Origin: Gnetum montanum | Taxonomy: Eukaryota > Plantae > Gnetophyta | Reading direction: 5' to 3' | Assembly (NCBI GenBank): GCA_015680685.1 | Contig: MNCI01002152.1 | Location: 125,344-189,343 of the forward strand | Length of the DNA: 64,000 bases | Shown here: piece after piece, positions 61,762 to 64,000 of the stretch | Layout: every line of letters starts with the position of its first letter | Numbering within the stretch: the stretch's first letter is position 1 | Translations under genes and position numbers: made by a program | The notes under the pieces: generated by a model | What the model saw: only the letters and a program-made list of their open reading frames with translations | What the model was told of the DNA's origin: nothing | Databases searched by the model: none

Positions 61762-64000
61762 GCATCTTTTTAAGGCCTATCCTCATCATAGTGGAGTTGG
61801 TATCTTGTGCTACATTGGGCATCCCAAGACCAACACCCTACCACATGACATGCCTTTCAGGAAACTCTCATTATGGTTCTAGCCTAGGGCAAGGGACTTC
61901 CTTGCCTACCTTCTTAGGAGCTTCAGTGTGATGCTATGATTAGACTTTTTCCAAAATGTAGCCAAGATCATTGTGGAGACCTTGTTGGCTCTAGCATATG
62001 GCTTGATTGTTAGATTCATTATTGACAAGTCACCTCCTAAGAAAATAGGAGGACTAGCAAGATCCATAAGCTCATGCTACCTTATAAAGATTTGGATGAT
62101 GCTAGAGTATAGTCGGTATAATGCTGACAATACTTTGATGGTGAAGCATAGAGCTCACAAGTTATTTCAGAATCCTCGTAGCATCTTGTATCGTCTATAA
62201 GGGTGAGTATGATTATTGTGATGTTTTTATGTTTTTGGCTTAACTACCTTCCCTAACTTCATTGATTTTACAAACTTCTTGTAGATACAAGGTCAATGAT
62301 CAAGGTTTGATCATCAACGATCAAATCTTGGTAGTGGCACAAATTGCTTTGGAAAAATTCACCAAGAATCCTCAAATCAAAATTATTATGTATCAATAAT
62401 TAAGAGGGGACTTTGATGCATATGCCTCAAGATTCAATCTTGGATGCAAGAAGTACAAGGATGATAAGATGATGCACAACTAGTGGGTAGATGCCAATAG
62501 CAAGGATCTGACCCTTGTAGCTAGGACCTCCACTCAAACCACACCGAAGAAGAAAAGGAAAGGTAAGCATAAAGGCTATGGCTTCTAGTGTTTCATGGTT
62601 ATAACTTTAAGTGTTCTATTGCTTTACTTGGTTGTTAAAATTGCTTATGTCAATGCTAAACTTTGGTTGTTTCTTTGCAAGGCCTTCCATCTTGGTTGAT
62701 GTCACTATACCACTTTTAGGTTTACATCATGAGGATACCCTCATCTTGAAGTTTGGTGAGGTGACATTAGCATAAGAGTGGCTAAAGAGACAAGTGCTTG
62801 AGTATGTTTAAGCAAACGTATAATGTGCAGGTTTACTTGATGTATTTATGGCACGTATCTCTTCCATCCCTATTATGGAGATGTTGCATGTCATTGACTC
62901 CTTCAATGAGAACATTGGTCATTTTAGCATCATCATATGGAGTATGAAGGTGAACATGACATAGGTGTGAGCCTCTTTTGTGAAATTTTTAGTGTACCTA
63001 TTGATGGGGTAAAGGTTCCCACTAGGATAGTAAGGGAAGTAGGCCATTGAGACAAAGTTTTGAAGTGGCTTAGTGCCAACATTGGCCACTCTAGAATTTC
63101 AATGTATAGCTTCATGAACCTTGATATAAAGGAATCATATCCTTTGTTTAGGTCTCATGCATTTCCTAAACTATCTTAACAAAAGAAGGTAATTGACTTG
63201 GCATAGGGGTGAATCTTTAAGAACGTCCTGATGGAGGACACCAGACTTCACTAGGTGGCTGCTTTGGTTACTAGGATTTAGGAGGATATCCTTCAGCTTC
63301 ATGTTGATACCTCTAGGATAATGCACATGCACTTTGGTTTTTTGTAGATTATCTAAAGAGGTTTGTGAAGTTTCTGGTGGTGTACTGGAATAAACGATGG
63401 ATTTCCCAAAACCCAAGCCAACTTTCTAGGCCTTGGATAAAGCACATTTATCTAGCAATATAGGCCCAAAACCCACTAGAGGGGTTGAATGATACATTAT
63501 CCATCACCACTAAGAATCTCAATGTTAGGTAGTATGAGTCTTCTGATAGTACTAATGATGATGAAGGCATATGGAGGTTGAAGGGGTAGCTAGGGAGACA
63601 CTCAAGAGGCCTATGGATGAGGCACCCCCAACATCAAACCATCCTACCCCAATGATACTTAAGTTTATACTTTGGCTATTACAATAGGTAGTTACAAGCA
63701 TGATTTATTTAAATTTGGCTATTTCATGTTTTAAAGTTTATTTCTACTTTATGGTTTCATGTGCTAACTAGTTTTCTATGTGCTATAGTTGTAGGCAAGC
63801 ATCAAGTTATGGTAGCCCAAGCTATTACAGAGGCGAAATAAAGGTCTGCAAAAGAGGCACTCCTAAAGCAACCTATGGTTGAAGGATTTATCAATGTAGG
63901 TATAGATGATCTAGACATATTGTTTGGTGAGGTAGTATCAAGTACATCCCTCATCATCATCCCTGAGAAGAAAGAGAAGGAGGAGTGAGGTATGCCCATG
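61762..64000 (+). pseudogene. Degenerate, apparently spliced transposon-associated gene of unresolved family
   Basis: GT-AG-bounded T-rich introns (e.g. gtgagt at ~62203 to tgtag at ~62285). Fragment LHVIDSFNE...IGVSLFCEIFSVPIDGVKV. Many stops. Confidence 0.3.

Overview
AT-rich land-plant nuclear DNA, probably a non-angiosperm vascular plant such as a gymnosperm or fern (inferred from the retroelement types). Most of the window is nested, C-to-T-decayed LTR retrotransposons: four Athila-like copies plus a solo LTR, a SIRE-like Copia remnant, a Tat-like element with an extra RNase H between protease and RT, and a CRM-like chromovirus. A central island (~31-49 kb) holds two host genes pointing away from each other: a secreted Gly/Ser/Tyr-repeat protein with a 1-nt frameshift (minus strand, 33850-34619) and an intronless VQ-motif gene (plus strand, 43969-44457). 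Between and around them are a spliced hAT transposase pseudogene, a non-autonomous hAT relative, two tRNA-derived SINE-like copies, a hairpin/MITE-like repeat and local duplications. The most notable structures are: (1) a hAT right end fused directly to a hAT left end, with a CpG-rich foreign insert next to it; (2) sister Athila derivatives with complementary gene content (env-only versus gag-protease-only); (3) the palindrome AAGACGTCTT arrayed in both a Copia LTR and a Gypsy LTR. Single Ns at 2501, 13595 and 41163 mark assembly joins. All family assignments come from motifs recognised by eye; no searches or alignments were run.
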